Virus record (IMG/VR): IMGVR_UViG_3300000976_000008
Coordinates: 239,223-303,222 of that record
From: a virus
Taxonomy: Duplodnaviria; Heunggongvirae; Uroviricota; Caudoviricetes
Strand: one strand, 5' to 3'
Length of the DNA stretch: 64,000 nt
A program made the translations under genes and the position numbers. A model generated the notes under the pieces. The model was not told the DNA's origin, searched no databases, and worked only from the letters and a program-made list of their open reading frames with translations. Positions 1 to 9,351 of the stretch are shown one piece after another (within the stretch, counting starts at the first letter, position 1; the number at the start of each line of letters is the position of its first letter).

Positions 1-187
1 ATTGACAGAATCCGCCATTTTCAATCTGTTGGTTCATCTTACCAAGCAGAACAACTTCTCTCATCAACTGAGAATCGCAATTCAGAACCATCTCTTCGAA
101 GTTCCAATTCTGATTTTCAGGTTTTTGCCATTCAGCGTAGGCAACATTTAGGGCCGCTTGCCATGCCTTTTCGAGTCCGGGATTCAT
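1..187 (-). CDS. Partial (runs off window) DUF4375/DMP19-like protein
   Basis: Manual translation MNPGLEKAWQ...LLGKMNQQIENGGFCQ; NGGFxQ motif; GGAGCAGGA RBS; promoter motif at 225-251. Confidence 0.5.
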   Translation of the reverse strand, partial: MNPGLEKAWQAALNVAYAEWQKPENQNWNFEEMVLNCDSQLMREVVLLGKMNQQIENGGFCQ

Positions 188-224
188 GTCCTGCTCCGAG
201 GGGTTGGGGGAATTGTCTACTTAT

Positions 225-251
225 TTGTTGCAAGAGGATATTCCCCGTTAA
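225..251 (-). promoter_or_regulatory. Class I promoter motif TTAAC-N13-TTGCAACAA
   Basis: TTAAC GGGGAATATCCTC TTGCAACAA upstream of ORF starting at 187. Confidence 0.75.
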
Positions 252-274
252 TATCACTACCGCGTGGTCTATTG

Positions 275-511
275 CTACCTAGCACCGGCAACGGTCATTT
301 TACATAATTGTACGAATGCATCATGCTTGCACAATGACGTTACAGGTATATTGGTGAGCAGGTCATATGTAAACTCAACAGCAGTGTCGGCATGCATTGT
401 TTTGATGTTGCCATCAACATTGATGGCAACATGATCTGTTGTAATTTTGTCACCTTTGATAGGACGTTGGATTGAGATGCCTGCGTGTCGTGCGAGTTCG
501 AATGTTTGCAT
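275..511 (-). CDS. Hypothetical protein
   Basis: 78 aa ORF between two promoter copies. Confidence 0.6.
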   Translation of the reverse strand: MQTFELARHAGISIQRPIKGDKITTDHVAINVDGNIKTMHADTAVEFTYDLLTNIPVTSLCKHDAFVQLCKMTVAGAR

Positions 512-545
512 ATTCTTCTTTCAAGTTTGGTGAATAAACACCTAT

Positions 546-572
546 TTGTTGCAAGAGGATATTCCCCGTTAA
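546..572 (-). promoter_or_regulatory. Class I promoter motif
   Basis: Identical to copy at 225-251; upstream of 511. Confidence 0.75.
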
Positions 573-630
573 TACAACGATGGCCCATCCTGAATGATGA
601 GCCATCGTTCCCCGAGTCGCCAAAGACGTC

Positions 631-1296
631 TTACTTGACGTATTGGACGCATCCGCTCCCCATCGCCTCACAGACTTGTGCCATCTTCGTCGTATCATTT
701 CCGCAGATTGCAGCGAGTCGCTGCATGACGCCAGGACGATAAGACCGCTTCTCTTTCGCAGTGAGAAGATCTTCGACCGCTTCGCCGTCCAGAGTTTCAG
801 TCTCAACCATTTCAGCCATCGCGGCTTCGATATGCTTGCCGAGAATGTCCATGACTCCATCGCGAGCCAGAATTCCCCGATCGAATCCGAAGACAGTCTC
901 TTCGTAGACCATGTCGTCAACACCGTCTTCGCCGAGAATCTGGGTCAAAGCTTCAACCGAATCGTCCGAGACACCGTACTGGTTCCGTTCTTGAACAACA
1001 AGAGTTGCTGACGCACCATCGGGATTCACGACCTTCATTGGTGTGTCTGGGAAAACGCTATTCGCAGCGTAAGTCTGGCAGAACTGCGTCTTTGCATGAC
1101 GTAGTACGACTGCTTTGTGAGCCGTGAGCTTGGTTTCAGTCTTCTTTTTCTCTGCGTTGAGAACAGCGATCTGTCCAATGGCCTTGGCAACAGGTCCCGT
1201 GGCTTCATCGGAGCCGACTGACCACGTGGTGCCTTTGCTCTTCTTTGCTTTTGGCTTGTTTGATGTTTTGCTTGCTGCTTTTGCGAAAACTGACAC
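631..1296 (-). CDS. Hypothetical protein, Lys-rich N-terminus
   Basis: 221 aa, AGGAGA RBS, biased codon usage, own promoter. Confidence 0.85.
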   Translation of the reverse strand: MSVFAKAASKTSNKPKAKKSKGTTWSVGSDEATGPVAKAIGQIAVLNAEKKKTETKLTAHKAVVLRHAKTQFCQTYAANSVFPDTPMKVVNPDGASATLVVQERNQYGVSDDSVEALTQILGEDGVDDMVYEETVFGFDRGILARDGVMDILGKHIEAAMAEMVETETLDGEAVEDLLTAKEKRSYRPGVMQRLAAICGNDTTKMAQVCEAMGSGCVQYVK

Positions 1297-1353
1297 TTGA
1301 AATCTCCTGGGTTAACAATGCTGTCGCTGCGGCTGATTTGCCGTGATATCAAT

Positions 1354-1380
1354 ATTTTGCAGTCAGGAAGACCCTGTTAA
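1354..1380 (-). promoter_or_regulatory. Class I promoter motif (variant)
   Basis: TTAAC-N13-CTGCAAAAT. Confidence 0.6.
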
Positions 1381-1670
1381 ATCGGGTCTGAGTAATAGCA
1401 AACGATATCGCTGGCTTCTTCTCCGCGTTCGTTCTTCCTAATACAACAGGATATTACGCCAGGTATTATTCTAGAAGAGGGTTTCAAAAAGATCGTCTCC
1501 GCTAGTTCACCAACTGTCTTGCATTTTGGGTATCCAACAGCAAGTTTGGTTATTATCTCTCGCGGTTCGTAGAAGTCATCGAATACCGCTTCGATGGTTA
1601 ATGTCTCTGGACCACCCTTGACGAATATTTTAGGATGGTAAGAAACGACCTGTTTTCCGAATTCTGGCAT
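1377..1670 (-). CDS. Hypothetical protein
   Basis: 97 aa ORF. Confidence 0.7.
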   Translation of the reverse strand: MPEFGKQVVSYHPKIFVKGGPETLTIEAVFDDFYEPREIITKLAVGYPKCKTVGELAETIFLKPSSRIIPGVISCCIRKNERGEEASDIVCYYSDPI

Positions 1671-1696
1671 TAACAGTCCCTATTCTCTTGCAACAA
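1670..1696 (+). promoter_or_regulatory. Class I promoter motif
   Basis: TTAAC AGTCCCTATTCTC TTGCAACAA on + strand, upstream of + strand ligase-like gene. Confidence 0.75.
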
Positions 1697-1726
1697 AAAC
1701 GCATAATCACGAGTGGAGTAAATGAC

Positions 1727-2458
1727 ATGATGCTAGAAGTTACAGAAGATCAGTACATTTACCCGCCACGACCGAAAACGGCAATGCCCTTCGAAGACGT
1801 CGAGTTCTTCGCAGAAATCGGGTGGGGCTGGCAGTACAAGGTCAACGATTCAAGATGCCTGATCAAGTATCTACCAGATGGTAGCGTTGAATTGTGGAAC
1901 AGGCACGCTGAACGGTTCCGTTCCTACAATCTCCCCGATTGGCTCGAAGACCAATTGGTGGCTACGAAGAAAGCTCTGGGACTTGTTGATGGCGAATTGC
2001 ACATCTTAGATGGTGGCCTTCTCGACCAAAAGCACGCAGCAATCAAGGATACAATTGTAATCTGGGATATTCTTGTCCGAAGTGGGAAGCACCTACTAGG
2101 GACGACATGCCTAGAACGATTCAACTCTATCGCTGTCGGAACGACAGATTTCAAATTCTCACATGAATCCTACGAAGCACCAATTAAGTTTGGTAGGAAT
2201 TATGATGGTAGTCCGAATGTGTTTCACCTAGAGTGGAATCCGGATGGAGATCTTGCTTCCGCATGGCAGACCGTTCAAAACGTCAATAAGCCATATACAA
2301 ATGGAAAGCCTGGATGTAGTGATTATTCGATCAAACCTATCCTAGAAGGGCTTGTCTTAAAAGATGGACAAGGCCCACTTGAAATGGGTATGGTGGAGAG
2401 AAATAATGGATCTTGGATGTGTCGAAGCCGTGTCACAACAGGACGTCACCAATTCTGA
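1727..2458 (+). CDS. ATP-dependent ligase/capping-enzyme superfamily nucleotidyltransferase (adenylation domain only)
   Basis: Motif I-like YKVNDSRC, ELWNRH, ILDGGL, IVIWDIL, EGLVLK; GGAG RBS before ATG 1727. Confidence 0.7.
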   Translation: MMLEVTEDQYIYPPRPKTAMPFEDVEFFAEIGWGWQYKVNDSRCLIKYLPDGSVELWNRHAERFRSYNLPDWLEDQLVATKKALGLVDGELHILDGGLLDQKHAAIKDTIVIWDILVRSGKHLLGTTCLERFNSIAVGTTDFKFSHESYEAPIKFGRNYDGSPNVFHLEWNPDGDLASAWQTVQNVNKPYTNGKPGCSDYSIKPILEGLVLKDGQGPLEMGMVERNNGSWMCRSRVTTGRHQF

Positions 2459-2993
2459 ATGCAGAATTTGTGAGAAATGCCAAAAATTGCGACCAATCAC
2501 GAATTTCGCAGGCAAAGGATCTCATACAAGCAAGGATGGCACGAAGACCAAGTATCGATCCAAGATGTGTCGGAGATGTGAAAAAGCACAGAAAATTGCG
2601 TCTGGGATATGCAAAATGTGTTGCTCTCCGGCAGAGTCAGGCAAACATCACTGTCAGAAACATTTGAATTTGTTAAAAGACAGTAATAAACGCTTAAGAG
2701 AAAAGGACAAATTGGCAGCGTTTGAATATTATGGTTCGCTTTGCCAATTTTGTGGCGAATCAATCGAATTGTTCTTAACAATCGACCACAAAAACAATGA
2801 TGGAGCAGAGCATAGACGAAAACTACGATCAGGAAACAATCGTGGGCATGACATCTATGCTTGGCTTCGAAAGAATCAATATCCTGAGGGGTTCCAAACG
2901 CTTTGTTTCAATTGTAATGCGGCGAAACATATTTATGGCGAAAAGCCGCTTCTAGAAGAATTAACAAAACACTCAAGGTGTGTTGTTCAATAA
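2364..2993 (+). CDS. HNH endonuclease with N-terminal Zn fingers
   Basis: CQFCG...LTIDHKNNDGAEHR...GFQTLCFNCNAAK. Confidence 0.85.
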   Translation: MDKAHLKWVWWREIMDLGCVEAVSQQDVTNSECRICEKCQKLRPITNFAGKGSHTSKDGTKTKYRSKMCRRCEKAQKIASGICKMCCSPAESGKHHCQKHLNLLKDSNKRLREKDKLAAFEYYGSLCQFCGESIELFLTIDHKNNDGAEHRRKLRSGNNRGHDIYAWLRKNQYPEGFQTLCFNCNAAKHIYGEKPLLEELTKHSRCVVQ

Positions 2994-3024
2994 GAACTAT
3001 TTTTATTTCGAGGCAAATCAACAG

Positions 3025-3468
3025 ATGGCAGCAACGAAGCAAGCACAAGCAATGAGACTCTCTTGGGATCGAGCAAACAAGCTCGCCAAGCTAACTGGGA
3101 AAGAACCAAGAGATTGTCGATCTTTCCTTTCAGGAATGAATGGTGAAGCCGCGATCCTTGACAAGCAAGGCGTCGATGGTCGAAACAAAGGAGTCAAGAA
3201 ACTCATCAAAGGGATGAGCACTTGGGTCAGACCACCCAAGAAGAAAGCCACCAAGAAGAGGACCTACACCAAACGAACTCCGGCAACACCGACCGAGAGC
3301 CGAGTTAACATGGGGCAAGCACTGCAAGACGTCCGCAGTGCACAGTTGAAGAACGACATGACATTCGAAGAGACGGTCGAAATGGCCTACGTTCTGTCAG
3401 TTCTATCCGAGAAGCCATTGGATCTGGCGAAGATGGACAAGCAACTGAAGACGAAGTACAAAGAGTAA
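3025..3468 (+). CDS. Hypothetical basic protein
   Basis: GAGG RBS, ATG 3025, Lys/Arg-rich. Confidence 0.75.
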   Translation: MAATKQAQAMRLSWDRANKLAKLTGKEPRDCRSFLSGMNGEAAILDKQGVDGRNKGVKKLIKGMSTWVRPPKKKATKKRTYTKRTPATPTESRVNMGQALQDVRSAQLKNDMTFEETVEMAYVLSVLSEKPLDLAKMDKQLKTKYKE

Positions 3469-3496
3469 GTCTCTCCTTGAGACCGACTGATACTGG

Positions 3497-3522
3497 GGGC
3501 GACTGGTGAGAATCAGTCGCCC
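3497..3522. terminator. Hairpin between convergent genes
   Basis: GGGCGACTG-N8-CAGTCGCCC. Confidence 0.6.
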
Positions 3523-3544
3523 TCATGTATTTCCTGGCAGGAAA

Positions 3545-3763
3545 TCAGGAATTCTCTATAAGGTCAACGACCAATTCTAGCAGCTTTGGGTTTGCCAAAT
3601 CGTATGAATATTCGGTGCCCGGAATAATATCACCATCTACCACCTTGAACTTGCCTGGCTTTTCTATTCGCACCAGGACAAGGTCATCAAATAAGATACG
3701 ATACCTTACTTTACCATCGTAGCTGGTGTAAATCCCCATAATCTCCCAACCACTATGTGTCAT
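3545..3763 (-). CDS. Hypothetical, family A (SDP motif)
   Basis: C-term YSYDLANPKLLELV. Confidence 0.7.
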   Translation of the reverse strand: MTHSGWEIMGIYTSYDGKVRYRILFDDLVLVRIEKPGKFKVVDGDIIPGTEYSYDLANPKLLELVVDLIENS

Positions 3764-3849
3764 AAAGACACTACATTTTTCATGGTCGTCGCGATTAGAG
3801 AGAAGGTCGCCAAAACTAGCTGAGAGTAATCGATTGAGATGTAAGTCGA

Positions 3850-4221
3850 TTATTTCATCCTAGTATCGATATAATATTCGGATGTTAGAACGTGGCCGAA
3901 ATCAAACAGATCGTCGAAATCTGTGATAGAGTCTTCTTCAGTTTTGCGTAGGGCACCGCGATCGATCAATTCAAAGATAGCGAATCCGAAGTCATCGGTA
4001 GTATAGTAACCCCATTGGTTAAAAACTGTTTCAGTTAGAAGACCAAAGAAGCGATGGCCTAAGCCAACAACTCCCCTCATCATCTCCATAGCATTTATGT
4101 GCCGAATCTCACCTTCACATTGATCCTGAGCGTAATTTAAAGCACTCATGATGAACCTGTAAGATTCGGGATGAAATTTGAGAGGCTTCACTTCTTGTTG
4201 AGATTCATTTCGCATCATCAA
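3850..4221 (-). CDS. Minf_1886 / Plancto_Ver-type conserved protein
   Basis: YRFIMSALNYAQ...RHINAMEM...FGLLTETVFNQWG..TTDDFG..IFELID.G.LRKTEEDS..DF matches the family pattern. Confidence 0.8.
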   Translation of the reverse strand: MMMRNESQQEVKPLKFHPESYRFIMSALNYAQDQCEGEIRHINAMEMMRGVVGLGHRFFGLLTETVFNQWGYYTTDDFGFAIFELIDRGALRKTEEDSITDFDDLFDFGHVLTSEYYIDTRMK

Positions 4222-4652
4222 ATACCAATCAAAGTTCTATCGTCTAGCCCATAGTGATAGCAGGCAACATTCAAAGCAACATCTTTCAAATCAGATGAAA
4301 AGCTGTTCTTAGCGAGAATAACACACGATTCGTGTGATACGATCTGCCAATCTATCATTGTAGACCCTCTCTCTTCCCAAAGAATTGGGAGAAGATGAAG
4401 AAATCCAAATTCCCCACCAACTTCAGCAGGGCAAATCGGAAAATCACCTAAGAATCCGATTGGGGGCTGCAATTTGACGAGGTCAGAATTCTCAGTATAT
4501 CCTCTCAGATCTGAAGGATCGACATCCCACCCTGCATGGTCGCAAATCAAATCGCCAGTAGTTCCGAATAATTCTAGAAATACTAACCGAAGCGTCTCAA
4601 AGTCAGTTTGCTTTGGATAATGTGCTGGCATCCCGCATCCAAGAATATACAA
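4218..4652 (-). CDS. Hypothetical protein
   Basis: ORF coupled by ATGA overlap. Confidence 0.7.
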   Translation of the reverse strand: MYILGCGMPAHYPKQTDFETLRLVFLELFGTTGDLICDHAGWDVDPSDLRGYTENSDLVKLQPPIGFLGDFPICPAEVGGEFGFLHLLPILWEERGSTMIDWQIVSHESCVILAKNSFSSDLKDVALNVACYHYGLDDRTLIGI

Positions 4653-4998
4653 TTGTAATGTGGTCTAGTGTTCGTTTGGAACAATCAGCACGCCGTCCAG
4701 AATAGATTATATCCCCATTCACTGTGTATGTCAGAATGGAATCCTCATCATAGAACCCATTCCCCTTTACGTGAATACTGGTATTGCTTGGTTTGTCACA
4801 CAGTACCTCTTCGAGTTCTTCCTTTGCCTCTCCTGAGCCTTCTGTTGGGAAGAAGGTGGAGATAAGGGTAAAGGCTAAAAGGGTCATCGTGAGACCCCAA
4901 AGAGTGCCTTCATTAGTTTTCAACGTAACAATCGCGGAACCGAATGTCGCTAAAGCTAAAAAGACACGGTTAACAACCATCTTCGATAGATTCATCAC
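4603..4998 (-). CDS. Hypothetical membrane protein
   Basis: Two N-terminal hydrophobic segments. Confidence 0.7.
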   Translation of the reverse strand: MMNLSKMVVNRVFLALATFGSAIVTLKTNEGTLWGLTMTLLAFTLISTFFPTEGSGEAKEELEEVLCDKPSNTSIHVKGNGFYDEDSILTYTVNGDIIYSGRRADCSKRTLDHITIVYSWMRDASTLSKAN

Positions 4999-5291
4999 AC
5001 GCTCGCTTCCTTTGCGGCTGCTCTACTCCATTCCACAAACTCAGAGGAACAATTGATAATGTATTTTTTCCACTTGATTCGGAAAAATACTCCCCTAGTC
5101 TGTGAACTATCTGCTTCGCCTTCTCTAAGACCCTCATTGTAACACTTGAGGGCGATATCGAGGCTTTTGAGATCTGACGCAAATACAACCCAAGTGTCTG
5201 TCATTCCAGAAAATTCGAAGTATTTACGCAATTCCTCCAAAAATTCGCTGAATCTGACTCTGTCGTAGATTTTGGGTTTGTATTCGCTCAT
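4995..5291 (-). CDS. Hypothetical protein
   Basis: Coupled ORF. Confidence 0.75.
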   Translation of the reverse strand: MSEYKPKIYDRVRFSEFLEELRKYFEFSGMTDTWVVFASDLKSLDIALKCYNEGLREGEADSSQTRGVFFRIKWKKYIINCSSEFVEWSRAAAKEASV

Positions 5292-5292
5292 G

Positions 5293-5994
5293 TTATCGCA
5301 TCCCTGGCCAATATCCCGGCATCATCATACGATTGGTATTCCTGTCTGACACAGATCCGTTGATGCTGATAGTGACTGGAACACCAAGATGCTGACAGTA
5401 ATCATCCGTCAGTTCTGTAAGCCGTGTCCGAAGATTTTGTGCCTCTGACTTTGAGCCACTCGGTTGTTCTGCCCGAGCTTTAAACGAAGCGACTTTCATG
5501 TTCTCGTGGTAAAATCTCTGTGCCAGCACTAGGATTGGCTCGTAGAAATCGGCATTGAGAACGATCCGCTCCAGATACCTAACCGGATCTTCGATCATCA
5601 CGTCGAGAAACCGTTGAAGTTGACAGTAATCAAGGGCTTGAGAGAGTGCATCTCGTTCTGCCTTTTCGATCAACGATTTGTGATCGTCTGTTAGCCTGAC
5701 TTCTTTCATCTTTGATGGTTTCTCTTTGAGAACCTCGTTCCAAGGAACACGGCAAACACCAACCACCTTGTGGTCTTTGCTTCCGATCTGATGCTTATCA
5801 ATGAAACACTTCGATCGAACGTAAGTAACGGTACAAGAGACTGTGAATTCGACCACGTCTTGTTCTGAATCAGTGCGTTTCGGGAGAAACTTTGCGGACG
5901 GATGCCCCCATCGGACACAATCGCTCTTAGAAAGCTCGTCGATCAATTTGTTACGTTCGCAAGCACCTTCAACTACTGGACTAGCATTCGTCAT
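5293..5994 (-). CDS. Hypothetical protein
   Basis: 233 aa coupled ORF. Confidence 0.8.
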   Translation of the reverse strand: MTNASPVVEGACERNKLIDELSKSDCVRWGHPSAKFLPKRTDSEQDVVEFTVSCTVTYVRSKCFIDKHQIGSKDHKVVGVCRVPWNEVLKEKPSKMKEVRLTDDHKSLIEKAERDALSQALDYCQLQRFLDVMIEDPVRYLERIVLNADFYEPILVLAQRFYHENMKVASFKARAEQPSGSKSEAQNLRTRLTELTDDYCQHLGVPVTISINGSVSDRNTNRMMMPGYWPGMR

Positions 5995-6269
5995 TTCTTC
6001 GCTTTCTTCAGGGCTTCTAGGTATTTTTCGGAAGATCGGATTCGGGCTTCTGTCACTCTGACTTCACTCACCAGCCATTCTTCAGATGGTTGTGCATCTA
6101 AAGAGTAATCGAATCCTCGGTATTTATCTGACCATCGATGTTCGCTGGCTATATCCTCCTTAATATGTTCAGGCAATTTATCGCCTTCAATTTCAGGATC
6201 TTGACCAAGCCATTGAAATTCTGGCTTTGATGGTCCACTAGCCCATTTGTGAGTGATTTTGACGAACAT
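5991..6269 (-). CDS. Hypothetical protein
   Basis: Coupled ORF. Confidence 0.8.
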   Translation of the reverse strand: MFVKITHKWASGPSKPEFQWLGQDPEIEGDKLPEHIKEDIASEHRWSDKYRGFDYSLDAQPSEEWLVSEVRVTEARIRSSEKYLEALKKAKK

Positions 6270-6871
6270 TATTGGCCTTCTATTAATTGTTGCAAAGCGT
6301 CATTGATTGTTAATATTGGGCTAGCATCTGACATATCAAGAACCCCAAATATCTGGCCAGCAGAGTTGCTATAGACACCACCTGCTATGAGGTAGTCCTT
6401 ATCCCAAGGTCCATCGCTAATTCTGATGCGACATAGACCCTTATAACCAATGCAAGAAGCGTTTTTGTATCCTAATTCTTTTAGAATATTTAAGATGGCC
6501 GATTCAACCATACTGGGATCACACTGCCGTAGTCTCAATAATTCAGTGTCCCGAGTGTTACTAGCATTGTCTGTTTGGCGTTTTAGAATCACTGCTAATG
6601 AAACTAACTCATCAATTATCGTCTCAGGATCACTTGCTGGTGACTCAAGAGGACCATACTCGAAATCCAAAAATTCATAGCTAGAAAGGTCCTTATGGGT
6701 ACTGTATTCGACGAACCCAAATTTAATCACGCCAGGAATGATAACTATTCTTGGTCTACCAATCAGGCCCAACTGAATAGAACCATTCATAGCGAACCAT
6801 ATAACACCATGACTGTCTAATTTAGAAGTCAAAACATTGTAAAGCAATCTGACTTCATCACTATTCCTCAT
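6269..6871 (-). CDS. Hypothetical, family A-like
   Basis: SPASDPETIIDEL; LRQCDPSMVESAI. Confidence 0.75.
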   Translation of the reverse strand: MRNSDEVRLLYNVLTSKLDSHGVIWFAMNGSIQLGLIGRPRIVIIPGVIKFGFVEYSTHKDLSSYEFLDFEYGPLESPASDPETIIDELVSLAVILKRQTDNASNTRDTELLRLRQCDPSMVESAILNILKELGYKNASCIGYKGLCRIRISDGPWDKDYLIAGGVYSNSAGQIFGVLDMSDASPILTINDALQQLIEGQ

Positions 6872-7175
6872 AGGATTGAATTTTTTCTCTCAATTTGGTG
6901 ACAAGTTGTGGATCGCTATATGCAAAGTTTAAGGAATCATCATCCTTGCCAGTAATAGTTCCTAATATCATCAGAACGTTAAGATGGTCTTCATGAGTTC
7001 TAATGACGAATGGTTTGCCGAGATATTCACCAGATAATACAAACTGGCGATATCTTTCAGGAGCAGGCTTTCTTGTGTAAGAATGGCGAGCAGTTGATAT
7101 CGTCTCGATTTTGTAGCCTGGTCGCTTCGTTAATTCGGAAGCCACACCATGGATTATAGCTTCTTGAATATTCAT
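6861..7175 (-). CDS. Hypothetical, family A
   Basis: FAYSDPQLVTKL. Confidence 0.8.
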   Translation of the reverse strand: MNIQEAIIHGVASELTKRPGYKIETISTARHSYTRKPAPERYRQFVLSGEYLGKPFVIRTHEDHLNVLMILGTITGKDDDSLNFAYSDPQLVTKLREKIQSYEE

Positions 7176-7570
7176 CTCATGACCGACTTATAATCGATTT
7201 CATCTACGAGAATTACTGAAACATTTTTCGTAGAACGAGTTTCGTATTCATTGATAGCTGTTGTGAGTCTGTCGATTATGTCTTTATGATCGTCTGACTC
7301 CCACACACTTCTCAGCACGTGTAGTTCATTGCCTCTTTTCAAAGAAGCAAACATTGAAGAATAATCTGGCCACATTAGGCAGAAAAATTTTACAAGCCAA
7401 TGTCTATTATCTTCTGGTGGGAAATCTAACATGATTCCATGCCCGCAATAGAAATCACCATTTCCAAGAGCACACCATGCATGATCTTTCAGATGATCAC
7501 AGATACAATCCCATAGATCCAAATTTTTATCTTTCTCATCTTGAACTAGCATCTGGCTCTCGTTTCTCAA
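7172..7570 (-). CDS. Hypothetical protein
   Basis: Coupled ORF. Confidence 0.75.
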   Translation of the reverse strand: MRNESQMLVQDEKDKNLDLWDCICDHLKDHAWCALGNGDFYCGHGIMLDFPPEDNRHWLVKFFCLMWPDYSSMFASLKRGNELHVLRSVWESDDHKDIIDRLTTAINEYETRSTKNVSVILVDEIDYKSVMR

Positions 7571-8355
7571 CTATGATGACTTTCATCAACTGCATCGTAT
7601 TCTTTCCATTCCTCATCGATTATGATTCTGGTATTATTTTCTAATTCGATGGGATCTATGTTCCGAATTGCCGTTACAGTATTTTGCATGTGCAATAACT
7701 CTTCATCACTGCAACGAAAATGCCTCTGGACAGCCGTCTTCCACAACTTAGCTTCATCATCATACATCTTGTCCACATTTATATCGAAGAATTTTCTTAG
7801 GACGAAAGAGATGATTGTTTGTACGAAAGTTTCTTCTTTCTCTGGTGGCATGACTCCTGGTAAATCAGGTATAAAGACTACCTCTTGATCAGTATCTCGA
7901 TACAAGTTTTTCCATTTGCTTGGACGTTTGTTTCTGTCTGCAATATACTTATCTAGGAAAGTGCCTAATATATCGCAAAAATCTGGCCTATTGAAGCCTA
8001 AGAACATATGTTCATAATTGAAATCTTGAGTTGTTTTCTCATGAGCAAGTGCATTGACTTTAGGGTTGAATATGACAGTAGGATGCCATAAAGAGATAAC
8101 AACTGGATTATATCCAGCATATGCGATAGCCTCAATGGCTTGTTTTTCTTCGTCATATCGTATAAAGATAGGACCTTGATACTCAACGCATCGAAGCGAT
8201 TGCTCAGCGTAACAAACAGTGTTTACGAACTTATCATTGCTGCTATGCCGGATACCTCTTTCCCGCATAACAACTCTAACTAATTCTCGAACACCAGTTC
8301 TAACTGAAGTCATAATATAAAGTCTTCCGCTTCCGTTTTTTCTTCGTGAGGCCAA
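7567..8355 (-). CDS. Hypothetical, family A-like
   Basis: FLGFNRPDFCDIL. Confidence 0.75.
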   Translation of the reverse strand: MASRRKNGSGRLYIMTSVRTGVRELVRVVMRERGIRHSSNDKFVNTVCYAEQSLRCVEYQGPIFIRYDEEKQAIEAIAYAGYNPVVISLWHPTVIFNPKVNALAHEKTTQDFNYEHMFLGFNRPDFCDILGTFLDKYIADRNKRPSKWKNLYRDTDQEVVFIPDLPGVMPPEKEETFVQTIISFVLRKFFDINVDKMYDDEAKLWKTAVQRHFRCSDEELLHMQNTVTAIRNIDPIELENNTRIIIDEEWKEYDAVDESHHS

Positions 8356-8672
8356 TCTTTGAACATGAAGGTTTTGAGATCACAGAAGAATTCAGGATCA
8401 GACAATTCAAAAGTGAATACCTCACCTAAATCGTTTTCTAGATCTTGAAGTTTCAACACGCCATCTCCAAAATTGTAAGCCCAAGCTGGTGCTCTTATAT
8501 CTATTTGATTTTCAACACGAACAAGAATAGGAAGTGGACTCATGTAAATCCAATCGAACAACCTATCGTGACCAAGATGGAGGTTCAACTCTTTAGCTAT
8601 CTTAGTTAGCAAGAAGGCATCCTCAGAATTGTCCAGATCAAATCTGACCCTCTTAAACGGCTTCGCCGACAT
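8310..8672 (-). CDS. Hypothetical, family A
   Basis: FELSDPEFFCDL. Confidence 0.8.
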   Translation of the reverse strand: MSAKPFKRVRFDLDNSEDAFLLTKIAKELNLHLGHDRLFDWIYMSPLPILVRVENQIDIRAPAWAYNFGDGVLKLQDLENDLGEVFTFELSDPEFFCDLKTFMFKDWPHEEKTEAEDFIL

Positions 8673-9351
8673 ATTGCAATGCCCCTTCTAGGAGCATCGT
8701 GTCGATTTTGCTCAATTGTACTTGATATTTCAGAAGATAATAATAATCAATACCATCATCCACTTCTTCGCAAAGATCTGAATCTTTCGAACGAGGGATT
8801 ACTTCTTGATACCTCAATTCGCCATCATCGATATCGACGATAAAATCCCGAGCTTGGTACCAAGACAAATCATTAGGTGGATTCCTACTGCACTTTAACA
8901 AGGGATAAGAATCGGGCGATATAGGGCTTGTTTCGAACAGCAAAGAATCTTTGAAGGTTACGAACTTCGAAACCTGGGCAGTATAAATCTGTTGCTGGAG
9001 AGTCACTGATCCTAATCCGCGAAACTTAATAAAGTTATTGGTAGGACTCATCCATTTTGGCTTCTTAATGCGTGATAAGATATATCGCTGTGATCGAGCC
9101 ATCTTAGTGCCTCTACATGCCACGCATGGAGATCCACGTTTCTTTTTCTTCGCTTTGCCTCTTTCTGAAACACCAAGATCTGATTTCTTAATGGCTAAAG
9201 TGTGTTCAGCACCAAACCACTTCCCACACAATGATTTATGTGAAGGATCATCACCCACTGGAGCTTTGGGATGGTCAGCGTCATCTGGGCACCTGTCTGT
9301 AAGATGCCTGGTAATACCAGATTTATGACTTACGATCAGATCGTGTATCAC
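8653..9351 (-). CDS. Hypothetical protein with N-terminal His/Cys cluster
   Basis: SLCGKW...PCVAC. Confidence 0.75.
   Translation of the reverse strand: MIHDLIVSHKSGITRHLTDRCPDDADHPKAPVGDDPSHKSLCGKWFGAEHTLAIKKSDLGVSERGKAKKKKRGSPCVACRGTKMARSQRYILSRIKKPKWMSPTNNFIKFRGLGSVTLQQQIYTAQVSKFVTFKDSLLFETSPISPDSYPLLKCSRNPPNDLSWYQARDFIVDIDDGELRYQEVIPRSKDSDLCEEVDDGIDYYYLLKYQVQLSKIDTMLLEGALQYVGEAV

Larger units (their letters stand above)
222..574. repeat. 32-bp perfect direct repeat (222-253 and 543-574) containing the class I promoter motif, flanking ORF 275..511
   Basis: tatttgttgcaagaggatattccccgttaata occurs twice. Confidence 0.95.
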
